Shown piece after piece: positions 51,009 through 63,536 of a DNA stretch of 64,000 nt (within the stretch, counting starts at the first letter, position 1; each line of letters begins with the position of its first letter). Under the pieces are notes generated by a model. That model made no database searches and was not told the origin of the DNA. It worked only from the letters and a program-made list of their open reading frames with translations. The translations under genes and the position numbers were made by a program. This DNA is from Octopus sinensis. Taxonomy: Eukaryota. The stretch is from the NCBI RefSeq assembly GCF_006345805.1, contig NC_042997.1, positions 212,350,001 through 212,414,000 of the forward strand, in the 5' to 3' direction.

Positions 51009-53693
51009 TTCTTCTTCTTCCAATCTCTGATAAGATGTGCCTGTGAAACTCCGTCCTGTGGACCTGAATCAAATTGTTATTGGAAAGCTATCTGTGGCTC
51101 CTGCCAAATGTGTTTGAGCACAACTCATACCAAAGTAAAATCTTGATCTAGATATAAGAACCTTATAAAGTATAGCGTATGAATAAGGGAGAATAGAAAG
51201 AATTAAACTTGACTGCCTTGTTGCACACTGGACAATGGAAAGACCCTAAACAATAAGAACAACAACTGGTGATAAAAATGGACCAAATAGGGAACATACA
51301 AGTAATTACATAAAATCACAATAACAATAATTTTAATGTAAATAGATATCCCATCATCAGCTGCTGAGTTGGAAATCATCATGGTTTCAACACCATGCAG
51401 TATAATTCAACCTTACTAGTCTAAAAATATTTAGATACTCTCTGAGAATTAGAAAATGTAATGAAGGGGAAAATCATGAGATTGCCTTGCTCACCAATCA
51501 CAGTAGGTGTGTGCAAGCAGTTCCACAGTGATCCCAGCATAGGAAGGGATTGTCTTGTACCAAGTAAATGTAAAAAGTCTTAAGTAACATGAGATGTTAT
51601 TTTCACCAAGGAAGGGAATAAGTAAGAGAGTGATGACTTCAAAAGACCTCTGGCTCTAGAATTCTATGTGAAGAAGCTCATTCAGTTTTCATAGTATGAC
51701 CATAAATTACATTTACAATTTGAAAAATTCAGAAACAAAAATCTAAGGCTAACTCTGCAGGTTGTGTGTGAGAGCAGTGGAGCCTACGTGCAAGTGTTTC
51801 TGATATTTCCAATAATGCTTTGTTTGCCTATAAATTCTGCTGAGTTATCTTTTTTCCTTTCTTTTTCTGAATTTTTCAAATTGTAACAGTAATTCATGGA
51901 TACCCTGTATTAGGAGAGACCTGCTTAAAATTGCTAGAACTCTAATTTATGAAGAATTACTCCATAGATGGAGAGAAACATACCCATGTTTCTTCAGATG
52001 ACAACACTGGACGTCTTTGACTGTGTTTTCTGCATTGAAAAGGATGAGTTTTATGTAAGACTGTTGGAAACATTTCAGTGTTACCCTCTGTTTATTTGTT
52101 GTTGTTGTTAAGCAACAAGACAGGTAAGGGTGATTAGGTGATGGTCTAGGGCTTAGGGGTAGGAGACCCCAGACCTTGGAAAAAAAAAAACTTTGGTCGT
52201 CTTGTTGTAGTCGAGGGCTCTTCGTTGATGCCCGACACCACTAGGAGGTGGCCCTCAAAGTCGCTGGAAATGGAGATCTCCAGGTCCAAATTCCTGACCG
52301 GCTGCTGCTGTGTATTTCACTGTTTCTCCTTGTTAATTGGCTACAGGTATACCTTGGAGTACAACCTATCAACTGCCTCTGTTTTCCTTTGCAAAATATT
52401 GAACTAAAATCAGTTGATTTCTTCTCAAAATTGCTGTTTTTTTTTGTTTTTATTGCATAATGTTCTAAGTTTGTATGACATCAGATTAATTATACCAATT
52501 TTAAAATTGGTTATAAATGTTTGAATATGTCAACCTTTTAATTACATCAAGCTGCTGACTTACAATCGAGGATTAAATTTTAGAGCAATTAATTTCAATC
52601 AAAACCATTTTATCTCGAGACTTCTGCATATTGATAAGTCTTCCAGAACCATGTTGTCTATAATTTCAGTGTTATTGACTGCTAAAACCATGAACTTTGT
52701 CCTTTAGTAACAAAAGGAATTGACTAAAATATCAAAGAATGACAAGTTAAGATTACAGAACCGTTTTTTTATATCTTTTTGTTTCTCTCTCTCTATAAAA
52801 TGGAGATTATTGACTGGCTGCTTTCTATGAAATAGAAAATAGTTCTTCGGTTACAGTGTTCGGTTAGAAATATCAATAGTAAATGGTAACTGGTGAGTTG
52901 GAACATATTTCAAAATTGTTATTGGAATCTATTTTGTTTAGACATAGTATTAGCTTCATTCTTTGCTGTGTGGTCTGATACTTGTTCATTCTGTGACAAG
53001 GTGAGGCTTCTTGTCAAAAATTGTTGCTACAAAATTTTAATGAATGTCATTTTTTTCTCTTTTCTACTTGAGAACGCCATTTTAAAGAAAGCAAAAGGTT
53101 TTATTGTTTAGATTTCGCAGAATAATCCTTTTCAAATATATTCTTGGTAGAGTTTATGTATTAAATCTATTCCTTATAATACTAACCCACCTGAGACTCT
53201 CCTAGTTCTATGATAGAAACTTTCTGTTTCAGAGAGATCAAAATCAAAACCATTCATCAAGGTATCCTGTGGATTTCTTCCATACACCAGTTGCTAATGG
53301 CAAAGATATTTTACTAAATTCCTCATTATTTTCAGATAGAGATAGAAGTTGTGTATTTCAAAAGAAATTTAATAACAAAAAGGTTAACAAAAATGTCTGC
53401 ATTTTCAGAATATATGATTATTGCGTCTTTATACGTATTTGTTATTTAATAAAATATTTGAAAAACTTTCAAAGCATTTTCTGCAGGTTTTTATTAATTT
53501 TTATCAGGAAATTGATTGCTAATGCCAATAAAAATATTGAAATACTTCATCAGTGAATCAATCAGGAATGTATCTTCTTTGCAAAGGGAAGTGAGATCTG
53601 GAGGGAAAATTAAGTAAATGGTTTTAGTTTTTGTCTAAAAAGAGACCAGCTCCAATATATTGCTGTTTAACAAATCTTTCTCTATTTTTCCAG

Positions 53694-53864
53694 ATGCAAG
53701 TTTGCAGTATAGAGACGGCTTACCTGTATTTTCAGTGCCTTTACCTTCCCGTCAAGAGACGTGTGAGTTTGTTTTAAAACCAATATCACATACTGTGGGA
53801 GATTTTTTTAACTTTATGAAAGAAGAAGATCATGGTATTGATAATATATCGATATATACAAAAG
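53694..53864 (+). CDS. MCU: Internal coding exon of the mitochondrial calcium uniporter (N-terminal domain), 171 nt, phase 1-1
   Basis: Acceptor tctatttttccag|AT and donor AAAG|gtaatt. Peptide (D)ASLQYRDGLPVFSVPLPSRQETCEFVLKPISHTVGDFFNFMKEEDHGIDNISIYTK aligns without gaps to human MCU as recalled ([50 protein letters not shown]), roughly 31 of 57 identical. Confidence 0.93.
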
Positions 53865-54472
53865 GTAATTTTTGTTCTCCGTTGCTTTTTATTTTCCATT
53901 CTTTATTTTTGCAAGCACAGTGTTCCATTTGCACATTAATCATGCTCTTCACATTTGCCAAAATTGGCCCAAGATTTCCACTCTGAATAAATGCCAGCAT
54001 GATTAGTTTAGTAGAATTATTATGGCAGTGAAATTGGCACAAATTGTTTGAACACATGTTAAGAGTTGAGCCCCCACGTCTTGTGATAGTTTTTACATTA
54101 GATCTGCATTTACAATCAACATATCACTTACGTTTATTCAGTTGAAAGCAGGTGTTTTTTGAAGAATTCACACAGATAAATTCTTGGTAAGGGTGCAACC
54201 AACAAAATGAGAAATTGCTATCAGTTCACACCTGATACAATATTTGTGATTCAGTCAATCACATGAAGTTTTTTATTTTTTCGTTGGAATAGAAATAATT
54301 TTTTGGTTATTAATGAAGCTTTAAATGAACAGTTTTTAATTACAAATGCAGTTTCTTTCACAGTGAGTTTCAATACCAAAATATCTCCATTTCTGTTATG
54401 ATAATTAATTAAATAATTAGCTCTTTGTCCTCCTCTTGTATTACTCAATATTTTATATTAATATTGTTTTGT

Positions 54473-54850
54473 GGGCGCAGGAGTGGCTGTGTGGTAAGTA
54501 GTTTGCTTACCAACCACATGGTTCTGGGTTCAATCCCACTGCATGGCACCTTGGGCAAGTGTCTTCTACTATAGCCTCAGGCCAACCAAAGCCTTGTGAG
54601 TAGATTTGGTAGACGGAAACTGAAAGAAGCCCGTCGTGTGTGTATAGATATATATATAACCTTAACCCCACCCTTACTTGATAGCTGATGTTGGTGTGTT
54701 TACCTCCCTGTAACTTAGTGGCTTGGCAAAAGAGACTGATAGAATAAGTACTAGGCTTACAAAGAATAAGTCCTGGGGTTGATTTGTTCGACTAATGGTG
54801 GTGCTCCAGCATGGCCACAGTCAAATGACTGAAACAAATAAAAGAATGAG
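54473..54850 (+). mobile_element. SINE family B
   Basis: ggcgcaggagtggctgtgtggtaagtag...aaatgactgaaacaaataaaagaa. Confidence 0.88.
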
Positions 54851-55863
54851 AGAATGTTGTTTTTGTTTTCCACTTTATTCCTGCTGAAGCAATTATTCTC
54901 TGGTAAATATCATTGTGGACTAGAATGGTCTCCAGCCAGTTTTAGACATACTAACCAATAATAGACCATCTCTGCAATCACTGAGCATGCTAGTAAGAGC
55001 AGCTGATATCTCCTTCAGATCATTCCCTCCCGTTTGAAAAAGGAAGGATGCAACGGACAATGAAGGGTTCCTTAAATGATATCATTGCTAAATATAAATC
55101 TGTGACCACAGGATTAAACAACGAAAGTAACAGGGTTTCATATCAGTGAATATTTACTGTGTCTCGTTTAGCTCTTGTCACCTTAGATGCAGGTGTAATT
55201 AATTATTTCTCTTTAAACTCTCTACAGCAGAGCCATCTTTTGGTAGCTTTATAACCCCCCTCCCCCGAGCAAATCAGTTCACTGAGCCCTCTAGTGTTTA
55301 TTTATTGACAGCAACCCACAATATACAAAGATCAAAATTGAGCCCCTGAAAGTGTCCCCTAGGCAATTGTACAGCGTACCCAAACTCGTTCATTTAAAGA
55401 ATTGATGCTGATAAAACAACAGTTCCCTAAAATTCATTTGTTGCTTCTTACATTGTCTTTAATGTTTTGTGTTTATCATTATTATTATTATTATTGTTGT
55501 TGTTGTTATCATTATTATTATTATTATTATTATTATTGTTATGTCTATTAGGTTCAAATGTTGATGGAGAATTCAAGGAATCTGGTAATTTTTTTTTAAA
55601 CCTCAATCGCTACTAACTGCATTAACCTCTTAACTCTAATCGCTTCTTTGATAGAGGCCAGTGGAGGATCATTACTGACAACAAACATAAAAAGTATTTT
55701 CCAGGATTTAGTCTTTATGAGAGAAAGGGAGCAGGAGACAGGGGTAGATTCTATCAAGTTTATTAGCTGTAAACCTTAACACAATCGCATCTAATAGGCA
55801 GAACTTCTTCCACCCTCACTGTAAGAGTTGGGTAGACAGGTGAATATATATATATATATATGT

Positions 55864-55919
<56 letters not shown>

Positions 55920-56520
55920 ACAATTGAGGGTAAAATTAATTAGTTATTAATCAATTTCACCAAGTATTCAGTATGTAAAAGGACCATTTAAGGCGAATTC
56001 AAAATACTACATTATATAATTAGGGCTTAGTAAAATAAATTACTTTGCCACATACTGAACTTTCTAGAAATAGCAGCCAAAAAAGTTTTTTAGCCATTTC
56101 CACTACTTAAAGAAAATTTCCCTCAGATAATGTTTACTCAAAATAACTCACGAAGGTATGGAGGTAAAAACAGAAAAATATCACAGAAAAACAAAAGATG
56201 AAGATGGGTGTGTAAACAACAAACAGATGTATTAGTTTAACACTTGGGAAGTGAGAAAGTCTTTTACGTTTCGAGCCTATGCTCTTCGACAGAAAGGAAC
56301 ACAGAAAGAAACAGGGAGAGAAACTAGAAAAAGGTTTAGTGGCTAGCGATCTATCATGGCAAATGATAGATCCTTATAATATACATACATATACACACAG
56401 GCACATGCACATATGTGCACACACACTCTCGGGTTATACCAAAAGTAACGTAAAAGGGAGCAACACTTTTTCATTAACCAACACAGGCTGTTCAAGTTAC
56501 ACACGTTTGTAGACTAACAC
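55920..56520 (-). mobile_element. Penelope-like element terminal region (inferred) with a hammerhead-like motif
   Basis: Contains acgtttcgagcctatgctcttcgacag. No RT or GIY-YIG ORF is visible, so the class is inferred from the ribozyme-like motif. Confidence 0.5.
56261..56296 (-). ncRNA. Minimal type I hammerhead-like motif with an atypical core
   Basis: Minus strand: CTTT (stem I) CTGTCGA A GAGC-atag-GCTC GAA ACGT A | AAAG. Deviations are A6>U and an extra A before stem II. Confidence 0.5.
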
Positions 56521-56899
56521 TTTCATATATCAAAGTATTCTGCACACACACACACACACACATGATCTCCATCGCAAGAGAGACATTCTTTTGTTAAACT
56601 CAACTCCTGAATCCTTTTTGAAAAAAATTCACTGATATACTTTTGTCCCCTTTTCTTCGTAGCCACTCTTATCTTGTCCATGCCACCAAATTACTGTCAC
56701 TCAAGATTGACCTTCATCAGGCCAAGCTGGTAGAGGTTGTAGGGTAGCAGATCTAGACTGGTCGAGAGAATGGAGTGCCTTTAGTCTGATTCATTGCCAG
56801 AGATGTTTGGTTGCACATTCTCAAGGGGAAACAGGATTGTTTTTTCTTTCTACCGTTTCTCTAAGTTTTTTTTATTGTCTTAGTGCACAGCTATGTTCC

Positions 56900-57618
56900 A
56901 GAAAAATCAAGGAAAATGATGCCCTTGTCATCCCCCAAAACAGGTGACTGTGTCCTTCTATGATGAGTGTTGGCTCTTCAACTTCTCAAGCCTTAGACAA
57001 GGTTTGTGATGCTACTCCACTAGCTGAACCTTTGTTTCTGCATCATAAAGATATGACCATGTGTCAACCTTTATCACCTGATCAGACAAAAAATTGCCTT
57101 TATCAGTTTCATTTGCTTCCAACAGATTAGATTCCACTTGGGCTCTTCTAATCAAGTTGTGCTGCAAGCTTACCAATTGTGATTCGTCTGTGCAAATCAG
57201 TTTATCCACATGATGGCACTTCACATGATGGCACATGATCCACGTGATGGCACATGATGGCACTTCACATCAGGGATCACAGATGATTGTCTCCCTCTGT
57301 ATGGTTTGCCTTCAGAACTGGTTTTCTCTTCTTTAAACCTCTTCATCCATACCTGCACATTGCTCCAGTCAATAGCATCATCTCCATAAACAACCTGTAG
57401 CCTTCTGCGAATGTCTCACTGTTTGTACCCCTCAAAAACTCAATGATGGCATGTCACTTCTGCTTGGAGTTCATTATTTGCCTGCAATGGAAAAGAACAA
57501 GAAAAAGGGTGACCATCAAGGAAGAATTACTCTACTAAAATGTGAAATTTGAACAACTTGTGTCCATTAATAAAAAGATGTGCTCAATTTTGCATTACTT
57601 TTGGGACAACAACTCTTG
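56900..57618 (-). mobile_element. Decayed mariner 5' half (HTH region)
   Basis: MNSKQK*HAIIEFL / IRRRLQVVYGDDAIDWSNVQVWMKRFKEEKTSSEGKPYRGRQS; TIR-like TA|CAAGAGTTGTTGTCCCAAAAGTAATGC at about 57590-57618. Confidence 0.75.
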
Positions 57619-57926
57619 TACACATATACATAATTACACTGGGCATGTGTCTTCTGCTACAGCCCTAAGCCAAACAAAACCTTGTGAGTGAATTTGGTAA
57701 ACAGAAACAGAAAGGAGCCCCTCCTGCAAAAGTTAGAAGCTATGAGCAGTGTTGTTGCTGTCGTTCCTTTCAGCTAATTGCTTGCTTCACAGCATTGAAG
57801 GCTTGTGAAAGGAGGGATCCTTACTTGAGACCGTGTCCTGCTGTAAAATAATACCTCAGTAATATATTCAGGAGATCCATGCAGGCATGAAAAATAAGAC
57901 GGACATAAAACAAATGAACAAATGGA

Positions 57927-58342
57927 TACTCTTTTTTTACTCTTTTTACTTGTTTTAGTCATTTGACTGTGGCCATGCTGGAGCACCGCCTTTAGTCGAG
58001 CAAATCGACCCCGGGACTTATTCTTTGTAAGCCCAGTACTTATTCTATCGGTCTCTTTTGCCGAACCGCTAAGTGACGGGGACGTACACACACGCATCGG
58101 TTGTCAAGCAATGCTAGGGGAACAAACACAGACACACAAACATATTCACACACACTTATATATATATACATACATATATACGACAGGCTTCTTTCAGTTT
58201 CCATCTACCAAATCCACTCACAAGGCATTGGTCGGCCCGGGGCTATAGCAGAAGACACTTGCCCAAGATACTGCGCAGTGGGACTGAACCCGGAACCATG
58301 TGGTTGGTAGGCAAGCTACTTACCAAACAGCCACTCCTGTGC
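57927..58342 (-). mobile_element. Full-length SINE family B, antisense to MCU
   Basis: Reverse complement of 43747-44161 and 54473-54850. Confidence 0.9.
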
Positions 58343-60121
58343 CTGAATATATTTATATATGAATATGTGTCTGTGTGCATTGTACATACCTGGTTTTTAG
58401 TAAAATATTGCAGAACACATTCGTTGCTATCAAAATATGAAATAACCAAAAATTAACCAGATTTTGAAATTTAATTTAAATTTAAAAATTAGCAGGGTGT
58501 TTTATTACTTTTTATATTTATTTACATTTTCTTATATTTATTTAGTTATGTTTTTGGAGCTTTTGTTGATTCTAAACAAAGCTTTTTGCATAAAACTAAA
58601 TGACATATTCACTGCAGCTTTAGACAATAGTTGCTGTCTTCATTTGAAACCCTCATCTCTACGTTTGCGATTCTCAGATTTTCTTCTGTCATTGACACTC
58701 CACTCCTTAGCTTCATGAATTTCCCCATTTAATGCATAGCTGCAGTGAGGTGTAGGAGGAAAATTATTATTAAGGTTTTGCACAAAAATAAACTTTCATA
58801 AGGGAAAAATAAAAAAAAACATACATCACGAATATAAATAACAAAAGAAAATAAAACATATTTATTAAAGAAATATATAAAATATATAACAATAAAAAAA
58901 AATCACAAAATATAGAGTAAAACAACTTTAAATGAATCTGTTTTTTTTTTTATCTTTTCACAAGATCAAACGCAAAAACCATTTCCATTATCAGTGGGAA
59001 TTCTATAGATTTATTGAGTCAACCAGTTTATAAATTGGAAGAACTGTTGAGGACAAAGCTACTGGCGCCATTGGCTTGCACATGATTCCTTGTTATCTCT
59101 GTGGTTATTAAAGAAACTGGCATCACGTAGAGATGTGATGAGACAGGGAATAAACATTTTGAAAACTCGCTTGATAACCTGTTGGTGGGAATCTGTGACT
59201 TTCTTCCCGAACTGAAGTCTATGGAATTATTCCATTTGCAGGTATTCGATTCGACTCCCAGGAGGTAAATGTAGCCACTAAGTTCTTGAGAATCATTGAT
59301 CTGAGTGAAGTTACCATGCAGCTCGCAAGATGTGAACCTCGAGAGAGAGGCTGCTTTATGCTAGAAGATGAGGAGCAAAAATTTGAGAGATAGGGCCAGA
59401 GCAGAACAGAGGGGCCACATTGCTACTGAGATTTTAGAAGGAAGAGTGAGTGATCAGGGTGGAGTAGAGAGGAGATAAGGCATCTGTGTGGATCTTCAAA
59501 GTACAAAATGGGTAGAAGTGAACAGGGTGGGGTGAGGGAAAGAACAAAGAGTTTGGTACAAGTATAGGGGAGAGTAAGAGATGGGGAGTGGGTGAGGCAG
59601 TGAATATAATGAACAAGTATTGAGTGGATGATTAAAAGGGGACATAGGGAAGAGTAGGTGATGACTAGAGATTGAGTAGGGTTGAGTGGGAAATGGTACT
59701 GGACAAACAGTTGAGGGTGATCAATGATGATGGGGTGTGGAGGGTGGTAGAATAGTAATGAGGATACAGTAGACACAGGAAGGGTAAGAGAGAGATGAGT
59801 GGTCAGGTAGGTTGAAAGAATAGGGTGGAGGAAGAGAGAAGAAAGTGAAGTGTATGGGAGACTGAGGAATGTATGGTAAGGAAGAAGGGGAGACGATGTG
59901 GGTGAGGAGGACACAGTGCTAAGAATGATGGATATATGTGTATGTATGAGTGTGTGTGTATGTATATATATATATATATATATATAAAACCAAGGAAAAA
60001 ACCAAATCCTTCAAAGGAATGGAAACATCCAATTTTCACTGGTTCTTCAGTTAATTACCACAAATAAAACAGCATAATTACCATATACAAATATTAAAGG
60101 AAATAGAGAAATACATTTGAT

Positions 60122-60227
60122 ATATTAAAGATTTATTTACACTATAATATACTATTAAAGGATATATTACAATGTGATATATTATATCTTTTTCTAGTAT
60201 ATTATAGTGTAAATAAATTTTTAATAT
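60122..60227. repeat. AT-rich hairpin with 33-bp arms
   Basis: atattaaagatttatttacactataatatacta versus tagtatattatagtgtaaataaatttttaatat (32 of 33 complementary). Confidence 0.85.
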
Positions 60228-60261
60228 GTCAATGAAACAGAAATGGAGATTTATGATTGGC

Positions 60262-60710
60262 ATTTTAATTTATTAACATAATATTATATTACTATTATTA
60301 TATAGTGTAATGTAAATATTATAATCCTACAATTGTTTCAATTCAGACCCAATAATAAATTTATAAAAATTCATGTTTATGGTTAAGAATCTCATCAGGG
60401 AAATATTTATTTAGTTATTTGGAGTTTTTTGTTGATTCTAAACAAAACTGTTTACATAAAGCTAAGTGACACATTCACTACAGCTTTAAACAATAGTTGC
60501 TGTCTTAAATTGAAACCCTCATCTCTGCATTTGTGATTATTTGACAAAAATTACATACGTAATCTTTGTCAAATATTTCTCTGATGAGATTCTTACCCAT
60601 AAACATGTATTTTTATAAATTTGTTATTGGGGCTGAATTGAAACAATTGTAGGATTATAATATTTGTTATATTACAATAATAATGATATATTATGTTAAT
60701 AAATTAAAAT
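60262..60710. repeat. Fold-back with 140-147 bp arms around a 160-bp spacer copied from 58534-58672
   Basis: 60262-60408 is reverse-complementary to 60571-60710; spacer 60403-60538 matches 58534-58672 in direct orientation. Confidence 0.85.
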
Positions 60711-61889
60711 ATGTCTCTCGTAAGTCTCCATTTTCTTTTCATTTATGTATATTAAATATGTACCTATTTGAATTGTGAAAAGTTTTTCTCTGCCATATTA
60801 GATATTAAACCATCAAACCAGTGAAAAGTTGGATGGTTCCAACCTTATAGAGGAGCCTGTTTTCTTTGTATTGGACATATATATATAATGAGCACCAAAA
60901 GATGTGCAAACTCAGTGGTAAACATGAATCAAATTCAGAGATCTGCTGATGTCGAAACGAGATATATCTAAGAAACATTGGTGCCATCTACCAATATCTG
61001 CTGCTGTTGCTTCTGCTGCAGCCAATTTTACTAAATCTACTTAACATGGTGCCATGTTAAAAAAGTGCAAAAATAAAAAAACAATTATATACATTGCAAT
61101 AACTGTATAGTTCTTATAATAATAATAATGATGATGATATAGTTAGCAGCTCAGTGCCTTCACCATACAGCCCTTATGTCAAATGTCTCTCTTGTTTATT
61201 TAACTTCTTCATCAAATGAGAATGCGTATGAAATGATACAATTTACTGCATGTAATGATCTTGTTCGTTCACTAACATATTACTTCTTCTAACCACAGTT
61301 CGCTTAATTTCTTCATCACAAAAATATTTCTCTAACATTTTCAAATCTTTTCCTATTTGCATTCAATTCTGTCTACAACGAATGCCAACACTTTCATTTC
61401 ATTTTCTTTTCACTATTTTCGTCATTTGGCTTGAAACAAATTTCGCTATAATCCACAAAATCATATTTCAAATTTTTGAACATTTTTCTTCCATAAATTA
61501 TTCAATCTTTTTTTTATTCAGTTCTCATCCACGGAAGCCTAAAAAAGGTGGATATTAACTGCTAACAAGGACACAGTATTTTGTTTTGCAACCATAATAC
61601 ACCACCAAGTCTATACCGTGTCTTACTTGTGTTTTAGCAGTGCAATGGTCTCAGTTTTTAAGTTCATCTCAACAGATTTTCTGTAGAATTCAGAAACAGC
61701 ATAGAAAGTGGCAACATATTCGTATATGAAACTCCATAACTTTAAGTGCTGACTCTCTGAATTCTATGGAAAATCTGTTGAAATAAACTTAAAACGAAAA
61801 GGTATGATGTTAATAAGTTGATGATGTTGGCTCTGCAGTATTTTCCATCCCAAGTTGTTGTTATACAATTTGAATATACATCATAGACT

Positions 61890-61962
61890 GGTTCGCCAGT
61901 CTTCAGTCAAACCGTCCAACCCATGCCAGCACGGAAAGCGGACATTAAACGATGATGATGAT
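61890..61962 (+). mobile_element. Family C 3' fragment
   Basis: aaccgtccaacccatgccagcacggaaagcggacattaaacgatgatgatg. Confidence 0.8.
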
Positions 61963-62149
61963 GTGTGGGTAGTTCAGTAAGACACCATCGACAAATGCCA
62001 CCAATATGTTGTGTTCCAAAAATCCTTTGAAAAATGAAAAAATAGCGATGGGAACAGGTGAAGGATGTCACTGGAAGTTCTTAGCTTGAACTTTGCACTC
62101 TACACAATAACCTGTGAGTAACTGTGTAATTTGTGTCCTCCTTTCACAA

Positions 62150-63400
62150 CAAAGCAGCCCTTTTTAGGATGGCACTGCCCTCCTCCTATGGTGGAGGGGT
62201 CAAGAAAATGCAACCTAAAAATTGCTTGCTTGCATTGTTCCTTGTCATTTGGTGCAAATGAGTGAGCATCCAAAACTGCAGCAGAAGATTAAGCAAATCC
62301 AAAACAAAAAAATCCTTTTCATTGCATTTTGGAATGTGAGCAAGAAAAACAGAACATAGGACCTCTTTGGTTGCTTGTGTCTCTCTTTCAGAAAGTAGAT
62401 TAGTGGACTGTGGCCAGTCACAGGAGTTTGATGGTGGACACACTTTTTCCTGGATGGGTAACCCTCAGGAAGTAAAGGAAGAGGTGGGTGTTGGGTTTGC
62501 TATTCAGAACAACTTGGTGAAACTTCTTAAATCTCTGCCTGTTGGCATTAATGAAATACTCATGTCTTGGTGTATCTGCATTGACAAAAATAAATACTTT
62601 CAACTGCTATGATCCAACCATGAACTGAAATGAAATAGTCAAAGAGCAGTTCTACTCTGAGCTACATAGTTGAGCCAGTCAAGAGATATGATAAATGTCT
62701 GTGATTTCAATGCATGTGTAGGTTGTAATACATCTGTATGGGCTAATGTAATAGGGAAGCATGAGGTTGCTATCACTTTGTGGTGAGTATGGACTTGTGG
62801 TTATCACTACTATTTTTCAACTCCCCAACCACCTCTAAACTGCCTGGAAGCACCCCCCATCAAACCATTATCACCTCATTGATTACATAACTGTGAATTC
62901 TTTCATGAGAGAAGTTTTCCAAGTAACAAATTCTTTCTCCATTGGGGATGATGGTCTGATCATAGACGGATACAATCAAAGGTGACTTTTACTCTTTGCA
63001 GTCCTATTCATAGCAATCGCACCTGACCAACTGGAAAAGTGGATGTGACAAAGCTGAGGAAAAAATGACAATTTATACCCACTTCAAACAGACTGACAAC
63101 AAACAGCCAACATCACAGACAACACAGATATTGAACCAGCGTAGTCTGCTTTTAAAACTGCTGCATTTAAGTCATCTTGTGAAACACTCAGGCATGTTAA
63201 GAAGAAGCATAGAGATCAGGTCGACTCAAATGATCCAAACATCTTTCATCTTTTGGACAAATACACAAGTGCCACTGTCAATGGATGTCACATAAAACCA
63301 ATGCCACAAAATGCAACAAGTTTGAAAAGGCCAGGAATACCCACCAACCTCAACTGAGGCAAAGGAAACAAACATGGTGGCAAAAGCAGGCACAAGAGTG
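62150..63400 (+). mobile_element. RTE-clade LINE 5' fragment (AP endonuclease), decayed
   Basis: GGHTFSWMGNPQEVKEEVGVGFAIQNNLVKLLKSLPVGINEILM; downstream KEQFYSEL, DFNACVG and HLIDYI remnants. Confidence 0.8.
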
Positions 63401-63493
63401 GCAGAATTTAAAGGGTGTTTTTGGACCCGTATTTGATGGTTCAACTCCTATACTTTCAATTGAGGGCACTCTTTTCATACACTCACACTTTCT

Positions 63494-63536
<43 letters not shown>

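Noticed and set aside
53112-53261. Possible upstream MCU mini-exons (53112-53146 and 53233-53261) ending in phase 1
   Set aside because: AG/GT boundaries exist, but the peptides show no MCU similarity I can recognise, and such sites are common in AT-rich introns.
53660-53986. 108-aa ORF as a complete gene
   Set aside because: Only 53694-53864 is MCU-like and bounded by splice sites; the flanks are intronic read-through.
59242-59264. GIRFDSQE as the next MCU exon
   Set aside because: It is too short, diverges from the expected GVRVAASTGIDLLL-type sequence after three residues, and ends in phase 0.
59423-59914. 163-aa minus-strand ORF
   Set aside because: Low-complexity Ser/Leu/Pro/His translation of a purine/pyrimidine-skewed tract, with no domain features.
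60016-60050. Minus-strand CTGAAGA-ACCAGT-GAAA hammerhead-like core
   Set aside because: Stem II has one base pair and stem I cannot form, so it is likely a chance match.
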